Source: the human T2T-CHM13v2.0 reference genome, Homo sapiens. From it: a stretch of 64,000 nucleotides of DNA. The DNA lies in the NCBI RefSeq assembly GCF_009914755.1, contig NC_060947.1. One strand, given 5' to 3'. The notes under the pieces are model-generated. The model made no database searches. It was not told where the DNA came from and saw only the letters and a program-made list of their open reading frames with translations. The position numbers and the translations under genes are program-made. Shown piece by piece: positions 1-21,061 of the stretch (within the stretch, counting starts at the first letter, position 1; the number at the start of each line of letters is the position of its first letter).

Positions 1-67
1 TCAGTCAATCTGCCAGCCTCAGCCTCCCAAAGTGCTAGGATTACAGCATGAGCCACCACGCCCGGCC
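1..67 (-). mobile_element. Alu, 5' end only (runs off the window edge)
   Basis: GCCTCCCAAAGTGCTAGGATTACAG..GAGCCACCACGCCCGGCC is the reverse complement of the Alu head. Confidence 0.95.
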
Positions 68-1611
68 ACTACTATTTCTTGTTAAGTATGCATCTTCAGT
101 GGGGGCAAACATTGCTCCTTAGGGAACAAAATAGATTTTTAGGGCAAAAAAAAAAAAATCAAACTATCTTTATCAGTGAAGTATAGAAATGCATGCAGTA
201 CATAAACAGATATGTAATATATCTGTATTAAACTTTTGTGGGGAGGGGAAAATGCCCAAAACACAGGAAAGATGTTGAAAAACATCAGTCTGAACTATCT
301 GGGCTGGAGGTGGTGACCCTGTTTGCAGAATGTTCTTAGCTTCTGTCTCTGCAACTGTAAAGTGTTCATTTTCAGCAAATTCTTTATAAATACATTTTTA
401 GAAAGAGAAGGATGCTTTGCTGTTACGGTGTACAAAATGCCTAACATTAAGTACTTCTTGACCAAGACTGAATTTTATCCCTCTGACTATGGCCCAACCT
501 AGCTAGGCACAACTCTGTTTGTCATGGACTTTGCAACCAAAAGCCACCATAGAAGGGTCCTGATTCCATTCTTAATGGCAGGAGTCACTTCCTGGTGAGT
601 TATGTGTTTTGTACTCTGTTGGGTCTGCTTTGAAAAGCCCCCTCCTTTCCACTGCCTGGCATCTTCTACACAGCATCACCTATGTGAGCCTAAGGGCACA
701 CATCTCTCAGATGAGATGAGAATGAGAATGGATTCACCTCATCATGTCCAATGAAGCCATGACTAAACAATGAAAGGCAGATGAAAAATTTAAAGAAAAC
801 CACTTCCATAATGGGAAATTCTCATCTATCCTTTTACTAGAAGTATCAGTGTTGTGCCTTATCCCAAATAACTGCTGATGCATGCAGCCTGAGCCCAGGG
901 GAGGAGTTGAAGATAAGGTTAAAGAGAGCTAGATAGTGTTCCATCAGTCAAGGTCGGCTATGGTTTGAATGTGTCCCTGGAAGTTCAGGCATTGGAAAGT
1001 TAATCCCTGATGCAACAGGTTTAAGAGGAGGGACCTTTAAGAGGTGATTAGGCCATGAAGGCTCTGCCCTTATGAATGGATTAATGCCCTTATCATGGGA
1101 ATGAGTTTATCTCAGGAGTGGGTTTCTTATTAAAAAAAAAAAAATAGTTCAGCTCTCTTTTCCACTCTCTCTCACCTTCTCTTTGCTCTTCTGCCTTTTG
1201 CCATGTGATAACACAGTACAAAGTCTCTCACCAGATGCCAGCCTCTCAGTCTTGAACTTCCCAGCCTCCAGAATTGTGAGCCAATAAATTCCTCTTCATT
1301 ATAAATTATCCAGGCTGTGGTATTCTGTTATAACAGCACAGAAAAGACTAAGACAGAAAACTGGTACTTAGAAGTGGGGTTGCTTCTTTAACAAATACCT
1401 GAGAATTTGGCAGTGGCTCGGGAACTAGGTAATAAGTAGAGGCGGAAAGAATTTGGAAGAGCAGGCTAGAAAAAGTATACATTGCCATAAATGTAATGTT
1501 AAGGGCAATTCTGATGAAGGCTCAGAAAAGGAGAGTTGTAAAGGAAGTCTGGAACTTGTTAGAGATTACTTAAGTGGTGGTGATCACAATGCTGGTAGAA
1601 AAGAGTAAAGA

Positions 1612-2554
<943 letters not shown>

Positions 2555-4368
2555 TTATTGGACACTGAAGGAAAGGCCATCCTTTTTACCAAGTGGCAAA
2601 GAATTTGGCTGAATTGTGTCCATGTCCTAAGACTTTATATAAGGCAGAACTTAAGACTGATGAGCAAGAAATTCAGCAAAGCATTCAGGATGCTGTGTGG
2701 TTTCTCTTAATTGCATATAATACAATGTGAGAAGAAAGAAATGATTTAAATGCAGACTTTATAATTAAAAGGGAAACAGAACTTGGAGATTTGAAGGATT
2801 CTCAGCCTGGCTAGGAGGTCAAGAATGAAAGAGCATTTTCAAGAGAGGAAAACAGGGGTGTGACCAAGAGATAAGGAAATTAACATGATAAAACAAGCCA
2901 GAGGCCATTCAGCAGAACAATGGGAGAATGATCCTGAAGGTATTTCAGAGATTAGCAATTCTGCCCCTCCCATCACAGGCCCAGAGTGCCAAGGTCTGGG
3001 GAAAGGAAATATGTCAAAAGAGAGGCCCATGGTGCCCATGGGACCACAGTACTCACTGCCCTGCACCACCTGAAGTGTCTGCTTCCCACATTCCAGTGCA
3101 GTGCTCCTCAGGTGCCCCAGCTGTGGCTCAAGTGAGCCTAGGTTCAGCTTGACTCCCCACTGCAGAAGGCACAAGTCATGAACCTTGGTGGTGTCCACGT
3201 GGTGCTAATTCTGCAGGCATACCGAATGCAAGCGCTGTGCAGGCATGGCTTCCGCCACCCAAATTTTAAAGGATGTCAATGACAACCTGGGGACCCAGAA
3301 ACAGGCCTGTGACAGAGGAGGAGCTGCTGCAGACAGTCTCCACCAGGGCAATGCCTAGTGGAGCTTTGGGAGAAGAGTAACCCCCTAATCCTGAGACCCC
3401 AGAACTACAGAGCTACCAGCATTTAATGCCAGCCCAGTAAGCCACAGGCGCCTGACCCCAACTCATCAGAGAAACTGTGTGCTCTTCAGTAAAATGGTGG
3501 GGATTGGGCCCCTAGGGCCTTCAAGGCCCAACTTCCACCCCAGGGTATCTACAAGGTGGAATATAGAGTCAAGAAATACTATTCTGGAGCCTTAAGATTT
3601 GATGTTGTTCACCCTGTTGAGTTTTGGACCTACATTTCTGTAAGTCCAATAAATTTCTGTTCTTTACAAATACCTATTTCTTCCTTTTGAGAGAATGTGT
3701 CTCCTATGCCTGTCCCACCATTGTATTTGGAAAGTAGATATCTTGTTTGATTTCAGAGGCTCACAACTGAGAGAAATTTGCCTCAGAAGAAATCAAGCTT
3801 CAAATCTTACCTGTATCTGATTTAGATGAGACTTTGGACTTTTGACTTGGTGCTGGAAGGAGTTAAGACTTTGGGGCTATTGGGATGTAATAAAAGTATT
3901 CTGCATGTAAGAAGAACAGAAATTCAGGAGGCCCTGGGCAGAATTCTGTGGTTTGAATGTATCCCCAAAGTTCAGGTGTTGGAAATCTAATTCTCAATGT
4001 ATTACAATAGTGTTAATAGGCGGGACCTTTAAGAGGTGATTAGGCCATTGAGGGCTCTGCCCTCATGAATGGATTAATGTCATTATCACAGGAGTGAGTT
4101 CCTTATATAAGGCCAAGTTCCGCCTCCTCGTTCTCTCTCTCTTTGAGGCAGGGTCTTGCTCTGTAACTTACTGCTCTTGCTCTCTCTCACCCTCTTTGCC
4201 CTTTCACTTTTTGCCATGAGATGACACAGCATGAAGGCCCTCACCAGATGCTGGACCCCCAATCTTGGACTTCCCAGCATCCAGAATTGTGAGCCAATAC
4301 ATTTCTGTTCTTTATAAATTATTGAGACTCCAGTATTCTGTTATAGCAGCACAAATCAGTCTATGACA

Positions 4369-4525
4369 GGGTCCAACCAGAAAACCAGGAATCACACTAG
4401 GTATTTCCACAGAGGACATTGAATGTAGGGAATTGATTACACAGGTGTTGACAGCTACAAAAGCAAAAATGAAACATCAGGTCATGCAGAGACAGTAGCT
4501 TTAGAAATCAGCTGCCACCAACAGA
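4369..4525. mobile_element. Ancient ERVL LTR fragment (LTR33-like), interrupted by the MST element
   Basis: ATCAGTCAAGGTC (943-955) joins GGGTCCAACCAGAAAACCAGGAATCACACTAGGTATTTC..., resembling an LTR33-type terminus. Confidence 0.55.
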
Positions 4526-4535
4526 GTATAGAACA

Positions 4536-4740
4536 CAGGTTGGCCAGCTTTTTTTTGTGTATGTGATGGGTCAGACAGTAAATATTTTAGGCGTTTTGCA
4601 CCATATGATCCATGGAACAGCTGCTCATACCTTGCCACTATGGTGGGAGAGCAACCATACACAATATGGAAATAAATGGGCATGGGTTTGTTGCAATGAA
4701 GCTTTTTTTTACAAAAACAAGATGTGGGCTGGATCTGGAT
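4536..4740 (+). mobile_element. MER58A-like hAT-Charlie MITE
   Basis: GGGTCAGACAGTAAATATTTTAGGC...GTGGGCTGGATCTGG matches recalled MER58A. Confidence 0.75.
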
Positions 4741-4842
4741 TCCACACATACAAAACTCATTTTAATTACACTCTCCTTATTTTTTTCTAATAACTATTTC
4801 CTATACCAAAATGCCACCTGGCAAACTCCTATTCATCCTTCA

Positions 4843-5257
<415 letters not shown>

Positions 5258-5319
5258 CTAAACAACTGTTTCATGAAAAGATGAACAAACCAGGTAATAA
5301 GCAAATATTAACCAAAAAA

Positions 5320-5550
5320 TTACCCACATGTGTTAAGCATTTACAAGGAGTAAAGAACTGTTTAATGACTCTCCTTAACCTTCCCAGAAACTCTAGGAAG
5401 GAGACTGTGATTACCATTTATATTTTATGAATGAGGCAAATGAGGCACAGAGACTTCAAGCTACATCCCTAAGTTTATATAGATGGTCAGTGCATGACCC
5501 AAGAACAGAACTCGGGAGTCTGAGTCCAGAGCCTCATTCTTGCACTGCTC
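5320..5550 (-). mobile_element. MIR
   Basis: MIR core-like ATGAGGCAAATGAGGCACAGAGA...GTCTGAGTCCAGAGCC. Confidence 0.65.
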
Positions 5551-7159
5551 TGGAATTCCATATCCGTGCATGGTCTTTACCCGTGATAGCAACACAGCAC
5601 ATGCAAGAAGTCTTCTTTATGCTAAGAAAGAATAAACATACCCTTCATAAATAATGCAAAAAACAAGTTAACTGCTTCTGAAGAGTGGAAACCTGCTTTC
5701 AAGGAGTCTGAAGTATGGTAGGAATTAATAAAACATTTTAAGGGTACTCTACAATTCAAATATGAAAAGGAAAATCAATTAGTGATCTGAAAGAACTAAC
5801 AAGTAAAACAATCATTATAATTTTCCATGTATGGAGAATCCACAACATTCTTGAGAGTGTTGAGCATACAAAATTCATTCCCTGTGCTATGTAAGTATAA
5901 TTTTAACCAGTGGTAGAAATGCCAGTCACTGTGGTTGGATCACTGTTTTAATTTAGCATGGTCTGCCCCTGAGGTTAAAAAAAAAGCCAAATAAAATAGC
6001 ACACACTTTCTCATTAAGCTGCATAATTCCATCGAATTTGTTTGATTGAAATACTACACCCCGGTGTTTGAGTCTACAAACACATTTACACACAATAAAT
6101 TTAACAAGCTCACAATTGTAGGTATTAATCCCTTATATTCTGTCTAGTTTTCAATCTTCCTTATAAATAGAAGACAATTCCAGAAAGTCCCTTGTTTGGA
6201 TTTGATTCTATTATTTCTACAGCATGAACTCATTTTCTATATAACACAGTCACTTTGGAAAGGTCTTATTTTGTTAAAGGGGTCCCGGAGCATATGTCTA
6301 AGTAATTACAGTCTCTTCAAAATGCAAACTTTTATGCCATAAAATTCAGTTAGTAGAAAAGTTTCCTTTATGTGCAAAGAAACATTTTGATTTTACTTTT
6401 TGTTTTTTGAGTTCCATACAATGTTAAAGTTTAGATGGTTTAAAATTGGTTTTATATGGCTGTTGATTTCTTTGTAAATTCTCTAAAAACTACATTTCTA
6501 ACACCATTCTGTGTGAATAAATCTAGAGTTTCAAATATATCTGATAAGAAATTATTTCTCACATCTCTCTTAATTCTAACAATAGGTGTTGGTATAACAA
6601 ATTAACACTAGAAAGCATTTTACATGCATTATTTAATTTATTTTTGGTGGAACAGATGTTGGTGCCATCATCTTCTCTAATCGGCAGATGAAGCTCTGAG
6701 ACTATTTTACCAGAGCTAGTGTCTTAGCACAGGCTAAGTTGCAGCATCAAATAGATGCAATCAATTCTGGCTCAGACATAGTCAGTCTCATAAACAATGT
6801 GATCATGTACTGCAGGGCACTGGGAAACTCAGATCCACACAGTCATTCAGGTATCCAACTTGTCATGCTTCTACAATCTTTAACTCATGTCTTCAAGGGT
6901 CCCTGTGAGCATCACCATCACAGTCAGCTGGAAGAAAGAGTAGCAGGGGAATCTGTGGGGTACTTTTATAAGGAGGTTCTGGCTTCATTTCTGCTTGGCT
7001 TCTTCCTGGGAGGATGTGGTCACATGGGCACAGCTAACAGAAAGGGAGGCTGGAAATGGGAATGCCTGGGGAGCATTTATTACCTCCTTCAGGTAAGAAA
7101 AAGCCTGGCTCTGACATGACTGAGCCAAGTCCTCAGCCCTCTGTCTATACTGTCTGAAT

Positions 7160-7335
7160 GCCCTGTGGGATTGAGCCCTTAACCTGCAGGGTCCCACTCT
7201 AACTCCAGGCAGACAGTGTCAGGATGGAACTGAATTATAGGACACCTAGTGGGTATTCATTGGAGAATTGCTTGGTTTATGGGGGAAAAACCCACATACA
7301 TCTGGCATCAGAAGTGAGTAGGGGCTGACATAAGA
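7160..7335 (+). mobile_element. MER21-type LTR, 3' fragment
   Basis: GTGGGATTGAGCCCTTAACCTG...GGACACC...GAAAAACCCACA..CAGAAGTGAG resembles the MER21 3' half. Confidence 0.65.
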
Positions 7336-8130
7336 GAAAAATGACCTTCTTGTTTTTCACATAAACAAATATGCAGGCTGTAACTGAGAGATCCGCAGGG
7401 GTGTGTTTGTGAAACCTCTAAAGGTGAGACCAGGTGGTCTGAGAGCAAACAATGGGGACCTTGATGCTAGCCACCAAATGCTGTGCTCAAAGTGAGACGT
7501 CAGAAGTGATTTTCCACCATGCCAATCCTTCGGATCATATGCACAATATTTGGGCTATTGGTTTTAATCCCTCATGCCCAACATTTTGCAGTTGTTCTAA
7601 AGAAACATACAGGTTCTAAAGCCAGCACTATAAAAAACTGACTCTATATTCGTGGGAGGAATTGACTCTTCGGTGAGTGTTTGCCAGGTTTTTCATTCGT
7701 CACATTTTCTAACAAGAAGAATGCGATTGTTCAAATCACTCAGGGATAAGTGGCTTGCATTAGCACGCCTATTCAGGGACTTTTTCTAGAAGCATTCTAG
7801 GAAGTAAAATGTGGGTTGATATCTTTATTATAGGCAACACGGGGCTTTATTTACAAACAAAGTGCTTTAGACAAGGTCTTTTGCATAATACAAATAGCAA
7901 GTTATTTTCAAATGGCCATAATACTTGTAGTCAAAACCTCTTTCAATTGAAATAGCATCAGCATATGTCTTATTTTCTGGAAAATGTACAGGAAATGGTG
8001 AGAAATGCACATTCTATATACTTTCAGGAGAACTAAGCCATTGAAGCAAAAGGAAAACCAAGTAGCAATTAAAAGATTCGATTCCCTACTTTGGGAAGAT
8101 ACACCAATTTGATTCAAGAAATGGGTATTG

Positions 8131-8469
<339 letters not shown>

Positions 8470-9164
8470 GTGTTGAGCTCCTTTGAGGTGATGTTCATGC
8501 CGCCATGGATTAAAGGTCAAATAAGATACGATCCTTTCCCCCAAGAAATTTATAATCTAGCTTTACAATAATTCATTTGGGTATTCTCAACTGCTATGTC
8601 AGATAATAACACCTTTCCTAAGTTTTTTCCCCCTCCTAGTACCATCTCAATTCGTAAGAACCAAGGAAACAGTGATATCTACTTAAGCCCAGGCAATCAT
8701 CCAAAGAATTAAAAGCTAGGTAACATTGTCCTCTGTGTGATATTTGCTTGATTATTTTAACAAACAGAAGTCAGTAACTGTTTTTGCATGAAATAGTCAC
8801 AGGCCAAGGCTCTCTTCTTTGATTTAAGGCTCTTTGGGGTCACTGAAGTGTCATTTGGAAAATGACTTCCCAATGCATAATGATCCCCTAAAGCCTGTCG
8901 TAAGTGCTCTTCCATGAGAGCAGCGATTTATTTTCTTCCAAGTATTGTTTTAAAACAGTAAGCAGCCGAAGGTCAGAGAGGCTCTGGCTCATGAAAACAG
9001 GCTTAACGCAACTCTAAGATATTTTTTAAACACACTGGAGAGGAGAAAAATTGTTCATAAATACACATTTAGAGAAATGGTTCAACAGACATGGAAAAGA
9101 TACGTTTCTCTTACCCCCAAGCACATGGTTATAACCCATGAAACAATATACATAAAAGAAAAGA

Positions 9165-9400
9165 ATAGATGGCTTTAGAATATCACAGAGACCTGGATTC
9201 AAATTCCAGCCTTTCCTTGCATTGATTATGCCCATTTTGTTTGCAAATCAAAGTTTTTGAGCTCAGTCGCCTCATATAATACAAAACTACCTGCCTCAAA
9301 GATTGTGACAATTAAACACGATACTGTATACAAACGCTAAAGAGCAAAGCCAGCTGCATAGTATACACTCAATAAACTGCAGTGATGAGTGCTAAGATTA
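9165..9400 (+). mobile_element. MIR
   Basis: AGACCTGGATTCAAATTCCAGC...CATAGTATACACTCAATAAA. Confidence 0.7.
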
Positions 9401-10288
9401 TTGTTAAACAGGAGTTATACACAAAATAATTAGGCATACAGTATATAAAACCCAATCCTCTCTTCATTTGTGGGATTATGTCAATCGGATATCTAATGCT
9501 ATGTTACTTGTGAAATAATCATTTTCATAAGCAGGAAAAATAAAAACCTATGCAGCTATAAAAATCAACTGTATTAAAGACTTTATTTAACTCTTGAGTT
9601 AGGAAACTGGTTGTAAGATGTTGCAACCAGTTCAAAGTCGACTCCAAACAGACACATTTATAGATCAGGAATATTGAAACCTCAGAACATAAAACTACCT
9701 TCTTCCACCGTTCGGGAAGGAAATAATTGAAACTGTACCAGACAGGACATAATTTGCATATGAATAGACCGGAATGATTTTGCACTCAGTTATCTACAAC
9801 TTATGAGGATGTAAGTTTGGTCCCACAGAATCAGAATCTGATAATCCTAGAGGCTGTACTCTTCCAGGAAATGCATCATTGTCCTTTAAAGCACATTTTT
9901 CTACAATTATCACATATATATATTTTATATATAATATAGGAAATAAAAATATCTATTTTGTGTAGATATGTTTGCATGTAAGTGTTGTTCAATTTTGCTT
10001 GCTGTTTTGTATACCACATCATACATATTGTCTTTTCACATACACACCCACCTGTAAAAGTTAAAATTACTAAAATTGAGTGAATCTTGGTTCTATGCCT
10101 GTTATATAGAAACTAAGTAAATGATGGAGTGCATCAAAGAATCGTACAATTTGAGCAAAAAGATTATCTCACTCTGCCATTTCTCTTAATCATTTCACCA
10201 ACACTTTATGAACTTCTTGAGTTATAAGCAATAAAATTCCAAATATTGAAAGTTGTGTTTGAGTCCTTTAGACTGGATCGCCTTCATA

Positions 10289-10643
<355 letters not shown>

Positions 10644-11333
10644 TAACAAGGTTCCCTGATGGTGGCCTCATGTGTGCTGCTCCCACAGCGTGGCTGAGGG
10701 TGGAAGCTGATTCCCGGTTGGAGGAAGGTAAGGGAAGTGCACCACTGCCTTCTCTCTGGACTGGAAAGAGACGGGCTGTGTCTAGGGAGGGTATGTAGGG
10801 GGCCGTGTTTCGGGGGTTGAGGGTCATTGGTAATTGGTCACGTTCCTCCTTTCAGGAAGCAGGAGTTGGTCCTGTAGGACTCCTTTCCCAGAGAGCGGCT
10901 GCCACAGGAGGACAGAGGCATCTGCAGCCGCCCTGGCCTTCTATCTGGTGCAGACCCATGCGGTTTCTCCCCCATGCTGCTAGACCTGGCTGTCTCCTGA
11001 CTCTGGCTTCCTGCCTGGCCCTTTCCTTTCCATCCTGGCCCTCACCCCTTAGCTGGTGTCCCCAGCATGTTTTTCTTGCCTGAAGACATCAGAACTCTGC
11101 TTCTTCTTTCTGTTCTCCTTCCTCTTAGGCAGGCTGCAGCCTCGTCCCTGTGACCCTCTGGAGCTCTGAGAGGATCCAAGAGAATACAGCTCTGCCATCC
11201 AGGTCTGCGTGGCAGCAGATGCTCTCCCTCACCCAGAAGTCCATTTGAGTGGCCGCTTTGCACCTATGCCGTGAAAATGTCCCCACCTTCATTAAAAAAG
11301 AACCAGAGCAATCACTAACTCCTCACTACCCCA

Positions 11334-11959
11334 TGTTGGGGCTCAGAAAACAATGCCCCAAAATGCAGGTCTCAGCAGTGGCCTTGGAAGCGAACTTCTC
11401 TCTGTGACCTTCTCCTGCCCTCCTGTCTCTCAGTCCCATCCTTCCCAGAGGCCTCAGAGAAACTAGAAGCCCTCCTTCCCTTGGCTGGTCCTAGAAACCA
11501 GAACCCTTCTCTCCAAAGCCAGCCATAAAACCTAAAAATAGGACTTTAACTTTCCCTCTGCCTTTCTGTGTAAAAACTAGCCATAAAGAAATTCCCTGAC
11601 CTACCTTGTTTGACTGTAGATCCTAAAACCCCCATTCCAGAGAGGGTCCCACCTCACACCCAGAAGGAAAGAGCGCTGCTCAGAGAGGCCAAGAAGAATC
11701 TAGACAGACAGGCTGGCTGGGTTTCCACACTCAGTCCATTAGCTTTAGATCAGGCCCTTTTTGTCCAACCCTGTTTCTACATGCTGTCCATGCTTTGTTG
11801 AACCTAAGTATAAAAATGGATAGTTTCCCCTGTATCCTTGGGCCTTCATTCTGAAGTCTCCTATTTGTACACATTAATTTGTGTGCCTTTTCTCCTGTTA
11901 ATCTGCCTTTTGTAAGTTTATTTTCCAGTGAAACTTCAGGGGACCCCTTGGCCCCTACA
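11334..11959 (+). mobile_element. Solo ERV1 LTR, MER39-type
   Basis: TGTTGGGGCTCAGAAAAC...GGCCCCTACA with perfect TSD CCCCA (11329-11333, 11960-11964). Confidence 0.85.
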
Positions 11960-12363
11960 CCCCACACACTTGCACACAGGCACATACTCACCACCATCCG
12001 TGTAGTACACAGTGGATAGAAATAAGGTGGGATGCAGAGACGCAAATGCAAAATTCTATTTCTATCTGATGGATCAGTGGAAGGGAAGGTTTGTGTTTAA
12101 CAAGGATGTGTCCGTGCCTTTCCCAGTTTCAGGAGCAAGTGAACCATCTGGGAATCTCATGAATGTGAAAACTTTGGCCCTGTGGGTCTGGGGCAGGGGG
12201 GTGTGAGTCACTGTCTTCACTGTGGCTCAGAGTCTGTGATCTGGAGAGCTGATGGTGGGGCCGATCGTCTCTCTGCGGGAGAGTTTGGTGTCACCATCAT
12301 CTCTTAAAGCTGCAGTGTGCTGGCTGAGCAGGGGTCTGTGTTTTAGGGGGTTGGAGTAATTAG

Positions 12364-12723
<360 letters not shown>

Positions 12724-13338
12724 TAGATCTAGTGTTGGTCAACGTTGTTCAGTCACTTCTAGGATTTACTGAGACCAGCAGCTCCCCCTGTGCACTAACT
12801 GCCTTCCTTATGGCCATGACATGGCCCCACAGACAGGGGGCCAAGCCTCTCTAAACCATCTGTGAAAAGAAGGCAACAGAGTGTATGTGAGCACGGTGGG
12901 TGTGAATGACTCCCAAACCACCCTAAGGCTGAGATGTCCTATGACAAACCTTGCTACCCACATGAACTCCGCTAAAAACATCTATCTGCTCTTAAAATAG
13001 TCATGGGCCGGCATTTCATTGTCCATAGACTGCTTGACAGCCTGGAGCTCCACCTCCACCCAAGCCATAGGTGTCCTCGTCTCTTGGCTGCCACACCAAG
13101 GCAGACTGTGTCTCAGGGAGCAACCCAAGGGGTGAGGTGTGAAAAAATGTTCCCACATCAGGCCCTGCTGTAGGAATAAAGGTAGATCTCTTATGTTTTT
13201 CAGAACAGATCTCTTTGCAAAAGCTAATCATCCCTTAAACACTAATAACAACTGCAGGACGCAACCTATTGTGTCTGAAAACTGTGAAGGGTTAATCACA
13301 TTTTCTAAACACAAAGTACTTTCCCCTAAGCACATCTG

Positions 13339-14137
<799 letters not shown>

Positions 14138-14527
14138 AATAATTTTGTGGTGCTTTATGGGTAGGGAGGTGAGCAGTAGGGGGTTGCCGGATGGATGATG
14201 GATTTGAGCGAACCCAAGATTAGGAGGATCTATCTGGGGTAGGACCTGGCGGTACGCAGAATAGACTGGACTCCTATTTGGCCATAAGCATTGAGCCCCT
14301 TTGCATTCATATTTTGAAACAAAATTGCCCTAGAGAATAATTATTCATCTTTTCAAAGACTAGAGTAATGATTGCTCTCCAGGTGGCTCCAAACACAGAC
14401 TTTCGGGATCTCATTTAGATGTATTAATATTAACTTAGCCAGCCAAGCTTTTTATCCATAAAGTTATACAAGAGGAGGAAAAGAGAGGACTGCCTGTATG
14501 ATGGATAAGGTCAATAGATGTCAGAAC

Positions 14528-14843
<316 letters not shown>

Positions 14844-14950
14844 TCAGCCCCTGTCTTATACCTGCTACAGGTAAAGGTCCCGCTATGGACAAGAGGATGC
14901 TGCATGTTCATGCGCCACCTGACAGATCCATTTATACAGACCTGACTTTT

Positions 14951-17991
<3,041 letters not shown>

Positions 17992-18063
17992 TGTGATGCC
18001 AGGTGGTTATTTTGCCAGTTAGTTGATGTAGTTGATGCAGTTTCTTCATAGTGTCAATGGTCT

Positions 18064-19083
18064 TTACAATTTGCTGTTTTTGCAGTGGCTGGTACTGGTT
18101 TTTCCTTTCCATATTTAGTGCTTCCTTCAAGAGCTCTTGTAAGGCAGGCCTGGTGGTGACAAAATCTCTCAGCAATTGCTTGTCTGTAAAGGATTTTGTT
18201 TCTTCTTCACTTATGAAGCATAGTTTGACTGGATATGAAATTCTGGGTTGAAAATTCTTTTCTTTAAGAATGTTGAATATTGGTCCCCACTCTCTTCTGG
18301 CTTGTAGTGTTTCTGCAGAGAGATCCACTGTTAGTCTGATGGGCTTCCCTTTGTGGGTAACCCGACCTTTCTCTCTGGCTGCCCTTAACATTTTCTCCTT
18401 CATTTCAACCTTGGTGAATCTGACGATTATGTGTCTTGGGGTTGCTCTTCTCAAGGAGTATCTTTGTGGTGTTCTCTGTATTTCCTGAATTTTAATGTTG
18501 GCCTCTCTTGCTAGGTTGGGGAATTTCTCCTGGATAATAACTTGAAGAGTGTTTTCCAACTTGGTTCCATTTTCCCCGTCATTTTCAGGAACACCCATCA
18601 AATGTAAGTTAGGTCTTTTCACATAGTCCCATATTTCTTGGAGGCTTGTTCATTCCTTTTCATTCTTTTTTCTCTAATCTTGTCTTCACACTTTATTTCA
18701 TTAAGTTGATCTTCAATCTCTGATATCCTTTCTTCTGCTTGATCGATTCGGCTATTGATATTTGTTTATGCTTCATGAAGTTCTCGTGCTGTGTTTTTCA
18801 GCTCCATCAGGTCATTTATGTTCTTCTCTAAACTGATTATTCTAGTTAGCAATTCCTTTAACCTTTTTTCAAGGTTCTTAGCTTCCTTCCATTGGGTTAG
18901 ATCATGTTCCTTTAGCTCAGAGGAGTTTGTTATTACCCACTTTCTGAAGCCTATTTCTGTCAATTCATCAAACTCATTCTCCGTCCAGTTTGGTTCCCTT
19001 GCTGGCGAGGAGTTGTGATCCTTTGGAGAAGAGGCATTCTGGTTTTTGGAATTTTCAGCCTTTTTATACTGGTTTTTCCTCAT
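18064..19083 (-). pseudogene. L1 ORF1 remnant (disrupted)
   Basis: ORF-track pieces 18766-19083 and 17834-18622 match ORF1p (RATPRHIIVRF, ARREWGPIF). Confidence 0.93.
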
Positions 19084-20989
19084 CTTTGTGGAATTATCTA
19101 CCTTTGGTCTTTGATGTTGATGACCTTCAGATGGGGTTTTTGTGTGGACATCCTTTTTGTTGATGTTGATGCTATTCCTTTCTGCTTGTTAGTTTTTCTT
19201 CTAACAGTCAGGCCCCTCTGCTGCAGGTCTCCTGGAGTTTGCTGGAGGTCCACTCCAGACCCTATTTGCCTGGGTATCACCAGTGGAGGCTGCAGAACAG
19301 CAAAGATTGCTGCCTGTTCCTTCCTCTGGAAGCTTCATCCCAGAGGGGCACCCGCCAGATGCCAGCCAGAGCTCTCCTGTATGAGGTGTCTGTTGACCCC
19401 TACTGGGAGGTGTCTCCCAGTCAGGAGGCACGGGGGTCAAGGACCCACTTGAGGAGGCTGTCTGACCCTTAACAGAGCTTGAGCACTGTGCTGGGAGATC
19501 CACTGTTCTCTTCAGAGCCAGCAGGCAGGAATGCTGAAGCTGCGCCCACAGCCGCCCCTTCCCCCAGGTGCTCTGTCTCAGGGAGATGGGAGTTTCATAT
19601 ATAGGCCCCTGACTTGGGCTGCTGCCTTTCTTTCAGAGATGCCCTGCCCAGAGAAGAGGAATCTTGTGAGGCAGTCTGGCTGCAGCAGCTTTGCAGCCAG
19701 TGAGCTCTGCCCCATCTGAACTTCCCAGCAGCTTTGTTTACGCTGTGAGGGGAAAACCGCCTACTCAAGCCTAAGTAATGGTGGATGCCCCTCTCCCAAC
19801 CAAGTTTGAGTGTCCTAGGTTGACCTCAGACTGCTGTGCCAGCAGTGAGAATTTCAAGCCAGTGGATCTTAACTAGCTGGGCTCCATGGGGGTGGTATCC
19901 ACTGATCTAGGCCACTTGGCTCCCTGGCTTCAGCCCTCTTTCCAGTGGAGTGAACAGTTCTGTCTTGCTGGCATTCCAGGAGCCACTGGGGTATGAAAAA
20001 AAATCTCCTGCAGCTAGCTTGGTGTCTACCCAAACGGCTGCCCAGTTTTGTGCTTGAAACCCAGGGCCCTGGTGGTATAGATACCGGAGGGAATCTCCTG
20101 GTCTGCGGGTTGCAAAGACCATGGGAAAAGCATAGAATCTGGGCCAGAATGCACCATTCCTCATGGCACAGTCCCTCACAGCTTCCCTTGGCTAGAGGAT
20201 GGAGTTCCCCAACCTCTCGCACTTCCTGGGTGAGGCAACGCCCCACCCTGTTTCTGCTCACCCTCCATGGGCTGCACCCACTGTCTAACCAGTCCCAATG
20301 AGATGAGCTGGGTACCTCAATTGGAAATGCAGAAATCATCTGCCTTTTGCGTTGATCTCACTGGGAGCTGCAGACTGGAGCTGTTCCTATTCAGTCATCT
20401 CGCCAGCCACCCAAGAGGATCTTTTCTGAGCCAAAGTTTAGCACCTCTGTCCCAGCTCCTTCCTTAGAGAATTCTGAATGTGGGTTCCACTTAAAGAACA
20501 ACACAGCATCAAGGGGCATCTGACCTCTGGTCATTTGGAGACTTCAACCCCCTATTACTTTCTATGGATGAAAATCAAAGCTTCTGCGGTACTGTTCTCA
20601 GAGCCAAAGCCTGAGGTGAAACTCCTCTCCTCTGATTTTTTGAGCATGGAATATAAACAAAATAATTAGCCACTCAAGAGGCATTGCAAACATTAACTAA
20701 CATGTAACCTTGCAAAACAGGGAAGGTTCTTATTTGTAAATGCCAATCACTACACAGAAAAACTCTAAGGATTTATATCCTAGGCAACAGAAAATTGCTC
20801 TGTAAAAGAACTCTTCCCACATGTTTTACTAAATTTGCAATATTTGAGCTTGCATTTAAATAAATACAGAGTTTCCTACCTCTCTCTCAAGTGTCTCTTC
20901 TGCAAATCCATGCTCTTTTCTCCATGCCACTCCAGGAACAGGCAGGAAGAACCCAATCTCACAACGGGGACCAGAGACTGCCGCCTTAC

Positions 20990-21061
20990 CTTAGAGGAGC
21001 AGAAAATGTAGTATCAAGGACACCTTCAGGATGTAGACAGTAAGGTGACTGCTGGAATCAT
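20990..21061 (-). other. Candidate 72-nt internal exon (non-coding)
   Basis: Minus-strand acceptor CTCCCTCCTCTTAG| and donor AAG|GTAAGG; stops in all three frames. Confidence 0.4.
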